This document shows, in pieces, positions 54,820-63,225 of a DNA stretch of 64,000 nt (positions are counted from its first letter, which is position 1; the number at the start of each line of letters is the position of its first letter). Location of the stretch: assembly GCA_963826115.1 (NCBI GenBank), contig CAWGVS010000010.1, positions 32,001 to 96,000 on the forward strand, read 5' to 3'. A program made the position numbers and the translations under genes. Source of the DNA: an uncultured Candidatus Rokubacteria bacterium. Its GTDB lineage: Bacteria > Methylomirabilota > Methylomirabilia > Rokubacteriales > DASRDR01. A model generated the notes under the pieces. That model made no database searches and was not told where the DNA came from. It saw only the letters and a list, made by a program, of their open reading frames with translations.

Positions 54820-54835
54820 GGGCACGGGTCTTGCT
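54820..54835 (+). promoter_or_regulatory. sigma-54 promoter candidate
   Basis: GGGCACGGGTCTTGCT, 14 nt before ATG 54850. Confidence 0.55.
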
Positions 54836-54849
54836 GGGTCCCAGGCCAT

Positions 54850-55833
54850 ATGCGCCTCCTCCGGGTTCTCCCGCTTGCCGGCGGTCTGCTGGCCCTCGTG
54901 CTCGTCGTGCGCCACGTCGGACTCGACGCGCTGACCAGCGCGCTGACCCGCATCGCGTGGTGGCAGTTCGCCCTCGTGTGCCTCGTCAGCGGGCTCACCC
55001 TCGTGCTGGACACGCTCGGCTGGCGCGCCACGCTCGTCACGGAACGCCCACCGTTCCGGAAGCTCCTGGCGGCACGGTGCGCCGGACAAGCCGTGAACGT
55101 CGTCACCGCGCTGGGGGGCCTCGGGGGCGAGGCGACCAAGGCGTGGCTGCTTCGCCGCGAATTGCCCTACGAGGCGAGCGTGCCGTCCCTGATCCTCGCG
55201 AAGACCGCCGAGGTCGTGGGGCAGACGCTCCTCCTCGCCACCGGCATCGCGGTCGCGTGGGCCACCGGCGTCGTCGGCGGAGCGCTCCTCGCCTCGATGT
55301 GCTACCTGCTCCTCGTCGAGGTGATCTGCGTCGGCGGCTTCATCCTGGCCCAGGTGGCCGGCGGCGTCGGTCGGGTCGGTCGGCTCCTGGCCTGGGTGGG
55401 CGCCGGGGCCGGCGCCCGTCGGGTGGACGGCGCCGTGCGGGACTTCTATCGCTCGCACTGGCGGGCGCTCGCCGCGTCGATCGGATACCACTTCGCGAGT
55501 TGGCTCATGGGAACCATCGAGGTGCTCCTCATCCTGTGGAGCCTCCAGGTGCCCGGCTCCCTTCCGACGGCCCTCGTGATCGAGGCGCTCGGGACCGGGG
55601 TGCGCTTCGCCACCTTCTTCGTCCCGGCGAGCCTCGGGACGCTGGAGGGCGCGTACGCCGCCGCCTTCGCCGCTCTCGGATGGGCGTCGGGGGACGGCCT
55701 CGCCTTCAGCCTGGTGCGCCGGGGTCGCCAAGTCGTGTGGATCGGCATCGGACTCGCGGTCCTGGCGGTGCTTGGCGTCGCGCGGGCGACGGCGGACGAG
55801 CCCGCGGAGGCCATGCCCGCCCGCGCCGACTGA
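54850..55833 (+). CDS. Lysylphosphatidylglycerol-synthase TM / flippase-like (UPF0104) protein
   Basis: GQAVNVVT..LGGEATK, FVPASLGTLEG, LVRRGRQ. Confidence 0.8.
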   Translation: MRLLRVLPLAGGLLALVLVVRHVGLDALTSALTRIAWWQFALVCLVSGLTLVLDTLGWRATLVTERPPFRKLLAARCAGQAVNVVTALGGLGGEATKAWLLRRELPYEASVPSLILAKTAEVVGQTLLLATGIAVAWATGVVGGALLASMCYLLLVEVICVGGFILAQVAGGVGRVGRLLAWVGAGAGARRVDGAVRDFYRSHWRALAASIGYHFASWLMGTIEVLLILWSLQVPGSLPTALVIEALGTGVRFATFFVPASLGTLEGAYAAAFAALGWASGDGLAFSLVRRGRQVVWIGIGLAVLAVLGVARATADEPAEAMPARAD

Positions 55834-55840
55834 GGCGCCG

Positions 55841-56818
55841 TCACGCCACCAGGGCGGGAGCCGGCGGATGATCCGCCACCCGCCGCCCGAGACCTCGCTC
55901 GAGGGCCGCGAGCGCTTCCGGCGAGACGATGACGGGGAGCTGTCGCGGCAGGGCCTCGAGCTCATCGTGAATCGAGCCGCCCGACACCGAGACGCGTCGG
56001 CCACGACCGCGGAAGACGCCGGGCCCCGCGCCCGGGATCCGCAGGTGACGCCGCAGGAGCTTGGCGAACACCCGGCGGCGGCTCGCGGCGCGGATGACGA
56101 ACACGTCCAACAGGCCGTCGAGGGGGGACGCGTCGGGCGTGAGCGGAAGCCATGCGCCGTACGTGTTCACGTTGGCGACGATGACGAGCGCGGCTTCCGT
56201 GGCGACGACGCGACCGTCCACCACGACACGCAGCCGCGCCGGCTGAGTCCCCCGTAGATGGCGGACCGCCGCTCGATAATAGGCGAGCCCGCGCAGCCAC
56301 CGGGACCGCGGCGCGGCGGCGGCCGCCTCGACCGCGGCCTGGACCTCGGCGATCAGGCCGTAGCTCTGCTGGCACAGGAAGAGCTCGCCGTTGCACTGGC
56401 CCACGTCGGCGTGGACGATCCGCCCGCGGGTCAGGAGATCGAGCGCGCCTTCCACGGTCGCCGGATGGTCGAAGGCCTGGGCGAAGAGATTCCCGAAGCC
56501 CGAGGACACGGGCAGGAACGGCACTCCACGGCGGACGGCGGCGAGCGCCGTGGTGCTCTGCGTGCCGTCACCGCCAACGCACACCAGGGCCGAGAAGCGG
56601 CCGCTCTGAGCGGCGGCCCAGCGATGGAGCGTGTCGAGATCCGAGAAGACCTCGAGGCTCGTTCGCCGATGCCGCGCCGCGAGCGCATCGCGGAGCCGGA
56701 GCGCGGTGGTCATGGCGTGGCCGTTGCCGGAGCCCGGCGTGACCACGACCTGTACCGGATGAGGATCGATCGCGCGGGCGCCACGCGTCCGCGACGTCTT
56801 GCGAAGGAGCGTTCTCAT
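55841..56818 (-). CDS. Diacylglycerol/lipid kinase family protein
   Basis: TPGSGNG, VGGDGT, SGFGNLFA, DGLLDV. Confidence 0.85.
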   Translation of the reverse strand: MRTLLRKTSRTRGARAIDPHPVQVVVTPGSGNGHAMTTALRLRDALAARHRRTSLEVFSDLDTLHRWAAAQSGRFSALVCVGGDGTQSTTALAAVRRGVPFLPVSSGFGNLFAQAFDHPATVEGALDLLTRGRIVHADVGQCNGELFLCQQSYGLIAEVQAAVEAAAAAPRSRWLRGLAYYRAAVRHLRGTQPARLRVVVDGRVVATEAALVIVANVNTYGAWLPLTPDASPLDGLLDVFVIRAASRRRVFAKLLRRHLRIPGAGPGVFRGRGRRVSVSGGSIHDELEALPRQLPVIVSPEALAALERGLGRRVADHPPAPALVA

Positions 56819-56844
56819 GGCGTCATCCCCTCGGGAGGGGAGCG

Positions 56845-56860
56845 AGCAAGCGAGGTGCCA
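56845..56860 (-). promoter_or_regulatory. sigma-54 promoter candidate
   Basis: TGGCACCTCGCTTGCT, a consensus match upstream of the lipid kinase. Confidence 0.7.
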
Positions 56861-56979
56861 GAGGCGCCCAGGGTGTTCGGGCCGTCGTCAGGAGAGCGGG
56901 CGCGCGCGCACGATCGCGCGCGACGCCGACGCCATGTCCGCGCGGCGACACGCTGACGCCGGCGCGATCGGGCTGGGCG

Positions 56980-57696
56980 CTAGGCGGGGCGGAGGCGGAG
57001 CGCGGCCACGAGCGGCAGGTGGTCGGACGCGCGTCGGGCCAGGCGTGTCCGGTGGACGCGCAGCGATTCGCAGCGGAGCGTGTGGTCCCAGTAGATGCGG
57101 TCCAGCGCCCACAGCGGGAGGAACGCGGGGTGGGTCCGCCGGCGCCGCAGGCTGGTGAACTCCCGGCGGAGCGCCCGGCCCACGCGGCCCGGGAACCACT
57201 CGTTCAGGTCGCCGACCACGATCCGCGGGCCCGTGCGGTCGTCCCACAGGATGTGGCGCTCGACCAGCCACTTCACCTGCGCGGCGCGCTCGTGTCCTCG
57301 CAGGCCGAGGTGGACGTTGAAGACGTGCAGGACCTGCTCGCCGAGTCCGAGGTCGACCCGGATGCCCCCGCGGGCCTCGCGCGCCCGGACGGAGAGATCG
57401 AAGGTGACCACGCCGCGGAGCGGAAGCCGGGAGAGGACGGCGTTCCCGCACGCGCCGTCCTGGCGATGGACGGTAACGCCCGTGACCGGCTGCATGCCGA
57501 GGTCCTTCGCGAGGTGCTCGGCCTGCGCCTCGTAGATCTCCTGGACGCCGACGACGTCGGCGTCGACCTCCTGGAGCACGTCCGCGATCCGCCGCATGCT
57601 GACGCGTCCGTCGAGACCGCGACCTCGGTGGATGTTGTAGGTCGCCACGCGCAGCACGTCCGGCGCGGCGGCATGCGAGGCTCTCGACGCTGACAC
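56980..57696 (-). CDS. Endonuclease/exonuclease/phosphatase (EEP) family protein
   Basis: ATYNIH, DVVGVQE, GNAVLSR, GDLNEW, LDRIY, SDHLPL. Confidence 0.9.
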   Translation of the reverse strand: MSASRASHAAAPDVLRVATYNIHRGRGLDGRVSMRRIADVLQEVDADVVGVQEIYEAQAEHLAKDLGMQPVTGVTVHRQDGACGNAVLSRLPLRGVVTFDLSVRAREARGGIRVDLGLGEQVLHVFNVHLGLRGHERAAQVKWLVERHILWDDRTGPRIVVGDLNEWFPGRVGRALRREFTSLRRRRTHPAFLPLWALDRIYWDHTLRCESLRVHRTRLARRASDHLPLVAALRLRPA

Positions 57697-57862
57697 GGTG
57701 TCCCCGGTCCAGGATAGAGGCAGGCGGCGGGATCGGCAACGAAGCGGATGTCTCGCCGTTGCGCGAGGCCACGCGGGCGTCAGCGTGTCGTTCGCGCGAC
57801 ATCGCGTCGCCGGAAGCGACGCACCACCCTCGTAGGGTCCGCATCCCGACGACCCGGTCGCG

Positions 57863-57878
57863 TGGCATGGCGCTTGCG
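57863..57878 (+). promoter_or_regulatory. sigma-54 promoter candidate
   Basis: TGGCATGGCGCTTGCG, upstream of ORF 57890 and rlpA-mlaC. Confidence 0.6.
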
Positions 57879-57889
57879 ACCACCCGGGC

Positions 57890-58219
57890 ATGATTCGCAT
57901 GAGCTCGAACCAGTCGCGCTCCGGCTCTTCAATGCATGTCCTCCGAATCGCGCCAGCGCCGACGGCGTCTGCGCTCGCGCTGTGCGTCGCCGGTCCGCGG
58001 CGCCGACCGCTTGCGCGGGTGGGCCTCCTCCGTCGCGCTCCGCGCCTCTCGGTCCGAGGCGAGCGGCGGGGGACGGAGTGGCGCGCGATCGCCAACGGGA
58101 TCGGTGGGGCCCTCGACGGCGTCCGGACGGCTCCCGTGGCCGGCGCTCCGCGCGAGTGGTGGCACGCGGAGTCGATCCCGGACGGGTGGCCGTGGGGTCC
58201 CGGCGCCGACTGCGCCTGA
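57890..58219 (+). CDS. Hypothetical protein (doubtful)
   Basis: 109-aa ORF after the sigma-54 motif; no motif recognised. Confidence 0.3.
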   Translation: MIRMSSNQSRSGSSMHVLRIAPAPTASALALCVAGPRRRPLARVGLLRRAPRLSVRGERRGTEWRAIANGIGGALDGVRTAPVAGAPREWWHAESIPDGWPWGPGADCA

Positions 58220-58250
58220 CCGATGACACCGTGAGACCGGAGCGGCCGGT

Positions 58251-58676
58251 GTGACGCGTGCTCCGGCGTGCGCCCTCGTCCTGGGGATCCTGGCGCTGTG
58301 CGGGTGCGCGGTCAGCCGGCCGCCGGCGACACCCGTGACGGGCGAGGGTCGCGCGTCCGCGGAGCGCTCGGGCCCGCCGCGCACCGAGGTGGGCCTCGCG
58401 TCCTGGTACGGGGAGTTCCATCACGGTCAGCCGACGGCGTCGGGCGAGGTCTTCGACATGAGTGGGCTCACGGCCGCGCACCGGACCCTCCCGCTCGGCA
58501 CCCGGATCCGCGTGGTGAACGTCGACAACGGCCGGAGCGTCCAAGTGCGTATCAACGACCGGGGGCCGTACGTCGCCGGCCGGATCCTCGACCTGAGCCG
58601 GGGGGCGGCGCGCGCTCTCGACATGGTGGAGCGCGGCGTGGCGTGGGTCCGTGTCGACGTGATCGGGCTGCCGTGA
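58251..58676 (+). CDS. rlpA: RlpA-family lytic transglycosylase lipoprotein
   Basis: Lipobox LCGC; GLASWYG, TASGEVFD, TAAHRTLPLGT, INDRGPY..RILDLS. Confidence 0.92.
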   Translation: MTRAPACALVLGILALCGCAVSRPPATPVTGEGRASAERSGPPRTEVGLASWYGEFHHGQPTASGEVFDMSGLTAAHRTLPLGTRIRVVNVDNGRSVQVRINDRGPYVAGRILDLSRGAARALDMVERGVAWVRVDVIGLP

Positions 58677-58708
58677 CCCGGCGTGCGGGTCGAGGAAGGG
58701 AGAACGAG

Positions 58709-59338
58709 ATGAGACCACGGGCATGGCTGTCCCTGGCGGCGGTCGTCGCGAGCGTGATGATGCTGGGGAGCGTCGCCGCCGCCGGGGTGCCGACCGACCA
58801 GCTGCGCGGCGCGACGGACCGGGTGCTGAAGGTCCTCCAGGACCCGGAGCTCAAGCAGCCGGCCAAGACGGACGCCCGCCGCCAGCAGATCCGCGCCATC
58901 GCGGACGAGATCTTCGACTGGGGGGAGACGGGCAAGCGCGCCCTGGCGCGGCACTGGCAGGGGCGCAACCCGGCCGAGCGCCAGGAGTTCTCGACGCTCT
59001 TCGCGGATCTGATCGAGCGCTCCTACGTCTCGAAGATCGAGCAGTACTCCGGCGAGCGCATCGCCTATGTCGGCGAGACGGTCGAGGGGGACCAGGCCAC
59101 CGTTCGGACGAAGCTCATCACGAAGTCGAACACCGAGATCCCCATCGACTATCGCATGCAGAAGGAGGGCGACCGCTGGCGCGCCTACGACGTCGTGATC
59201 GAGGGCGTCAGCCTGGTCTCGAACTACCGGACGCAGTTCAACCGGATCATCCAGCAGTCGGGCTACGCCGAGCTGGTGAACAAGCTCAAGGCCAAGCAGG
59301 AGGAGCTCCAGTTCGAGGCCGGCCAGGGCAAGGGCTGA
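58709..59338 (+). CDS. MlaC/Ttg2D phospholipid-binding periplasmic protein
   Basis: Signal peptide; ALARHW, IDYRM, YDVVIEGVSLVSNYRTQF. Confidence 0.9.
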   Translation: MRPRAWLSLAAVVASVMMLGSVAAAGVPTDQLRGATDRVLKVLQDPELKQPAKTDARRQQIRAIADEIFDWGETGKRALARHWQGRNPAERQEFSTLFADLIERSYVSKIEQYSGERIAYVGETVEGDQATVRTKLITKSNTEIPIDYRMQKEGDRWRAYDVVIEGVSLVSNYRTQFNRIIQQSGYAELVNKLKAKQEELQFEAGQGKG

Positions 59339-59398
59339 GGGGCGCCGGCGGGACCGCGTGATGGAGGCGAGCGCGCGAGCCTCCTCGCAAGACGCGGT

Positions 59399-59818
59399 AT
59401 GACCAGGGCCCAGATCCATTTCATCCGGCAGTACACGCCGGTCCTGAAGGGGCAGGGCGGGGAGGCCTACGTCGCGCGCGCGTACATGGACCGGCAGCCG
59501 GGCGGCCTCTGGGAGGCGTGGCTCGTCTTCTTCTCGCTGCGGACGGGGCGGGCGATCGCCACCGACCGGGAGACCACGCAGGGGAAGCGGGAGCACGTCC
59601 TCTACTGGGCGACGGGCCTGGGCCCCACGTACCTTCAGGGGGCGCTCGAGCGGGCGCTGGTGCTCCAGCCGGAGGCCCAGCTCGCCCGCCGAATCGCGCG
59701 CGCGGAGCGCCAGGAGGCCTACGCCCTGCTCGAGGCGGAGGTCTACGCCGCGGCGACGGCGAGCGCGCTCCGGCGCGCGGCCGCCGCCCGGGATCGCGTG
59801 GTGCGAGGCGCCCGATGA
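59399..59818 (+). CDS. Conserved hypothetical protein
   Basis: WEAWLVF..TDRETTQ..YWATGL.PTYLQGALERA. Confidence 0.7.
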   Translation: MTRAQIHFIRQYTPVLKGQGGEAYVARAYMDRQPGGLWEAWLVFFSLRTGRAIATDRETTQGKREHVLYWATGLGPTYLQGALERALVLQPEAQLARRIARAERQEAYALLEAEVYAAATASALRRAAAARDRVVRGAR

Positions 59819-60741
59819 TTCCGCCGGCCGACGGCGGCGTCGAGAGGACGCCAGGCCCCCTCCCGTCGGCGGCGCCGCCAAGCGGGACGGGAGCCGAGCG
59901 CGGCGTGCGGCTCTGGCCTCGGAAGGGCGGCGGCGTGCTGGTGCGTGACGGGGAGGGCACCGGGGACGCGGTCCTCGGGATGCCGACGCAGGGGCAGCAC
60001 GTCGCACAGCTGTACACCGAGCCGGCGGTCCTGGCGCGCGCCGTGGCGCGGTTCGCCGCCGCAGGCCTTCGGTCCGGCGAGGCCGTCCTCCTCGTGGCGA
60101 CGGCCGGTCACCGTCCGGCGATCCTGCGCTGCCTCCGGGCCGTGGGGTACGAGCCCAGCGAGCTCGCGCGCGCCGGGCAGCTCGTCTTCCTGGACGCCGT
60201 CGACACGCTGGGGGCCCTCCTGGCGGACGGCGAGCCGGACCGCGCGCGTTTCCAGGCCGTGATCGGCGGCGCCGTCGACGCGGCCGAGGCCGCCGGCTAT
60301 CCGCGCGTGCGCGCCTTCGGAGAAATGGTGAACGTTCTCCGGCAGGCGCGCTTCGGCGCGGCGCTCCGGCTGGAAGCCCTGTGGGCCGAGCTGATCGCGG
60401 CGCGGCGGATCGCGCTCCTCTGTGGCTACTCCATCGACGCCTTCGATCCCTGGGCCTACGAGGGGGTCCTCCAGCGGGTCACCGCCACCCACTCCCACCT
60501 CGTGCCCGTCGAGGACTACGCCCTCCTCGGTCGGGCCGTCGCCCAGGCATACGGAGAGGTGTTCGGGGTCGGCTACGACGCCGGGCTCCTGCGCCGCATG
60601 TTCCTTGCCCAATACCCGAGGCCGACGGCGATGCCGGACGCGCAGGCGGCGATCCTCGCGGTTCAGGAGTTCGTGCCGGAAGCGGCGGCGGCGCTGCTCG
60701 ACCGGATCCGGCACCACTACCGGATCGCGGCGACGATCTGA
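59815..60741 (+). CDS. MEDS-domain protein (stand-alone)
   Basis: HVAQLY, GEAVLLVAT, VRAFGEMVNVL, LEALW, LLCGY. The start could be 59980. Confidence 0.8.
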   Translation: MIPPADGGVERTPGPLPSAAPPSGTGAERGVRLWPRKGGGVLVRDGEGTGDAVLGMPTQGQHVAQLYTEPAVLARAVARFAAAGLRSGEAVLLVATAGHRPAILRCLRAVGYEPSELARAGQLVFLDAVDTLGALLADGEPDRARFQAVIGGAVDAAEAAGYPRVRAFGEMVNVLRQARFGAALRLEALWAELIAARRIALLCGYSIDAFDPWAYEGVLQRVTATHSHLVPVEDYALLGRAVAQAYGEVFGVGYDAGLLRRMFLAQYPRPTAMPDAQAAILAVQEFVPEAAAALLDRIRHHYRIAATI

Positions 60742-60777
60742 TCCTCGGCGCGCCGGACCGTGCCCGGCGGGCCCGCG

Positions 60778-61140
60778 TCAGGTCAACCGGCCGAGCGGAC
60801 CGAGGTCGAGCTTGAGGTCCTCCAGCGTGAGGCCGAACCGGCGGGCGAGCTCGCGAAGCGCCTTCTCGATCCGCATCAGCGCCAGCCCCACGGCCTCGGT
60901 CTCCGCCGCGGTCAGCGTCCCCTCGTCGAGGCGGCGGATCGCCTGGCGCTCGAGCAGCTGGCGCAGGAAATCGACGAGCGTCAGGACCAGCTGCGCGAGC
61001 GACCGCTGCACGTCGTCGGGATCGGCGTTCCAGCGCGCGGGCGCCGACGCGCGCGTCCGCCGCCGGAGTTCGGCGCGCAGCGCGCGGAGCTCCTTGGCCC
61101 GCACCGCCTTCACGCTCACCCGGCGGCGCTTCGCGGTCAT
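60778..61140 (-). CDS. gvpK: Gas vesicle protein GvpK
   Basis: LAQLVLTLVDFLRQLLERQAIRR, DLKLDLGPLG. Confidence 0.92.
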   Translation of the reverse strand: MTAKRRRVSVKAVRAKELRALRAELRRRTRASAPARWNADPDDVQRSLAQLVLTLVDFLRQLLERQAIRRLDEGTLTAAETEAVGLALMRIEKALRELARRFGLTLEDLKLDLGPLGRLT

Positions 61141-61823
61141 GGGTCGACTCCGAACGCGTATGGCGGCCACGGTCCGCTGATCGTGAGGCGGAGGGGGGCG
61201 AGCTGCCGGGCCGCCTGGCTCACGCGTGTCCGGTACTGCGCGCGGCGCTCGCGCGGTACCAGGTGGTAGACGCTCGCGAGGAGCGGTGGGGTCCGGTGGC
61301 GCTGGACGCGCTCCTCAACCACGAGATCGCCGAGGAGCGGGCGGATCGGGTCGAGCTCGGGCGCCGCGGCCGGGTCGTGGCGGCGACGCTGTGCCGCGAG
61401 GTATCGGGTCCCGGGGCCCGCGGCGGCGGCCCTGGCCTTCCGGGCGGGTGGGGCATCCGGCGTGGTGGCGGCGGGGACGCCGAACACGCGGAGGGTCATC
61501 TGCTCGTGCCCGCGCACCCGGTCGAGCCGCGCCAGAAGCTCGGGCGCGCGAGTCGCGAGGATGCGGGTCGCGGTCGCCGCGTCGGGGACCACGGAGGCGA
61601 AGCGGATCGGCAGGAGGGCGTCCACGGTCGCGGCGATACGCCGGACCACGGCGTCGTGGCGCCGGAGGGTCGTCGCCGTGGGGTCCGGGGCGGTGGCCAT
61701 CCGGCCCGCGACGATCTGGAATCCCGGGCCCGGGAGGACCTCGAGGGCCTCGCGGCGGAGCCCGCGTCCCGCGTCGCCCCGCGGCGGGGTCCCGATCAGC
61801 GCGTAGAGGTAGAGGACGCTCAC
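61137..61823 (-). CDS. GvpL/GvpF-family gas vesicle protein
   Basis: YLYAL, LLPIRF, GPGTRYL, SGPWPPYAF. Confidence 0.85.
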   Translation of the reverse strand: MSVLYLYALIGTPPRGDAGRGLRREALEVLPGPGFQIVAGRMATAPDPTATTLRRHDAVVRRIAATVDALLPIRFASVVPDAATATRILATRAPELLARLDRVRGHEQMTLRVFGVPAATTPDAPPARKARAAAAGPGTRYLAAQRRRHDPAAAPELDPIRPLLGDLVVEERVQRHRTPPLLASVYHLVPRERRAQYRTRVSQAARQLAPLRLTISGPWPPYAFGVDP

Positions 61824-62065
61824 CGCCGGCCCGTTCGCGACGTCAGGCGGTCCACGGCGCACAGGAGCACCGAGAGGCGCAGGTAGACGAGGTCCACGTC
61901 GGCGAGCGCGAGGACGACGTCCCCCGACACGACCACGCCCTTGGTCAGCACGTGGTCGACGATGTCGAGGAGCGACGCGTTCGCCTCGGCGTCCCGCGGA
62001 GCGGCGCGCCGCTTCCGCGGCCGCCTCTTCAGAGGCGGCCGGCCACGAAGCTGTACGGAGGCCAT
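61820..62065 (-). CDS. GvpA/J/S-family small gas vesicle protein
   Basis: SLLDIVDHVLTKGVVVSGDVVLALADVDLVYL. Start is ATG 62065 or CTG 62032. Confidence 0.85.
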   Translation of the reverse strand: MASVQLRGRPPLKRRPRKRRAAPRDAEANASLLDIVDHVLTKGVVVSGDVVLALADVDLVYLRLSVLLCAVDRLTSRTGRR

Positions 62066-62859
62066 GGGCCGGTCAGGCGGACGCGGAGCCCGCGGTCCGC
62101 CGCGCCGGACGCGAGCGCCCGCACCGCCTGGCGGAACCGCGCGGCGCGCGCCGTCGGCACGAGGAAGGCCGCGTCGAGGAGGAGGGCCGGCCGGCCGTCC
62201 GCCGAGACCAGGGGCCGCTGGCGGGCCTCGTCGGCGTGGCCGGCCAGCGCCCGGTAGAGCGCGCCCGCCGCCGCGCGGGCGCCGACCGCCAGCTCCCGGT
62301 GCGCCTCGCGATGGCGCCGCCGCCGCTCGAGAAATCGGGTTCCCGGACTGAGCTCCGCCGTCTCGCGCCGCGCCGTCGCCCGCGCCTGGCGGGCGGCCGG
62401 CCCGCCCGCCGCGTCGGGCCGCACCTGGACGCCCCACTCCGCCCGGCCCGCGACGCGACCCAGACCCTTGGCCATTGCGGAGCCGCGACGCCGCACGGCC
62501 GCGGCCGCGCGCGTGTCGCTCGCGAACAGGGTGAAGAGCCGCATGGGCAGCGTGGGGTAGCGCCGCGCGCAGTGGGCGACGACTGCCGAGTGGGAGACCG
62601 CGCTCCGCGAGACCTGGTCGAGGTCGCGGACGGCGCGCGCCAGCGCGGCCTCGCCGTAGCGCGGCAGCGGCGCGGTGGCGACGACGAGCCAGAGGGCGGG
62701 CACCGCGGCCACCGCCCGGGGGCGGCCCGTGCCCGGGAGTCCTGCCGGCGCCTTCCCGAGGTCCGGGGGCCTCGCGCTCCGGACGACGCAGTACACGTAG
62801 GTGGCCGCGCGAGCGGGGGAGGGGCGGCGGGACGGGGTCACGAGGCCGCCCGTGTCCAA
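62029..62859 (-). CDS. GvpL/GvpF-family gas vesicle protein
   Basis: YVYCVV, LPMRLFT, EWGV, LLDAAFLV, TGPWPPYSF. Confidence 0.88.
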   Translation of the reverse strand: MDTGGLVTPSRRPSPARAATYVYCVVRSARPPDLGKAPAGLPGTGRPRAVAAVPALWLVVATAPLPRYGEAALARAVRDLDQVSRSAVSHSAVVAHCARRYPTLPMRLFTLFASDTRAAAAVRRRGSAMAKGLGRVAGRAEWGVQVRPDAAGGPAARQARATARRETAELSPGTRFLERRRRHREAHRELAVGARAAAGALYRALAGHADEARQRPLVSADGRPALLLDAAFLVPTARAARFRQAVRALASGAADRGLRVRLTGPWPPYSFVAGRL

Positions 62860-62895
62860 GTGCGGGTCATGGCCGGCGCGCGCCGCCGGGTCGCC

Positions 62896-63225
62896 TCACC
62901 GTCGGGAGCGCCGCCGCCTGGGGACCTCGGCGGGCGCGTCGTCGACGCCCACGACGCTCGCTTCCACGCCCGTCACGCGGAAGGCGCCGGGCGGCTCCGG
63001 CGGGCCCTGCTCGCGCTCGCGGACCTCCCGGATCCGGGCCAGTAGCTCGCGCTCGACCTTCAGGAACTGCGCCTCGGTGATCTCGCCGAGCTCGAGGCGC
63101 ATCTGCGCGGCCAGGAGCTCCTCGCGCCACACCGTGTCGTCGCTCATCTCGGCGTCGACCGCCGTGGCGATCTTGTCCAACACGAATCGGAGGCCACCCA
63201 CGAGCAGCGAGTCGATGAGGATCAC
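62896..63225 (-). CDS. gvpG: Gas vesicle protein GvpG
   Basis: GLRFVLDKI, LELGEITEAQF..E.ELL.R. Confidence 0.8.
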   Translation of the reverse strand: MILIDSLLVGGLRFVLDKIATAVDAEMSDDTVWREELLAAQMRLELGEITEAQFLKVERELLARIREVREREQGPPEPPGAFRVTGVEASVVGVDDAPAEVPRRRRSRR

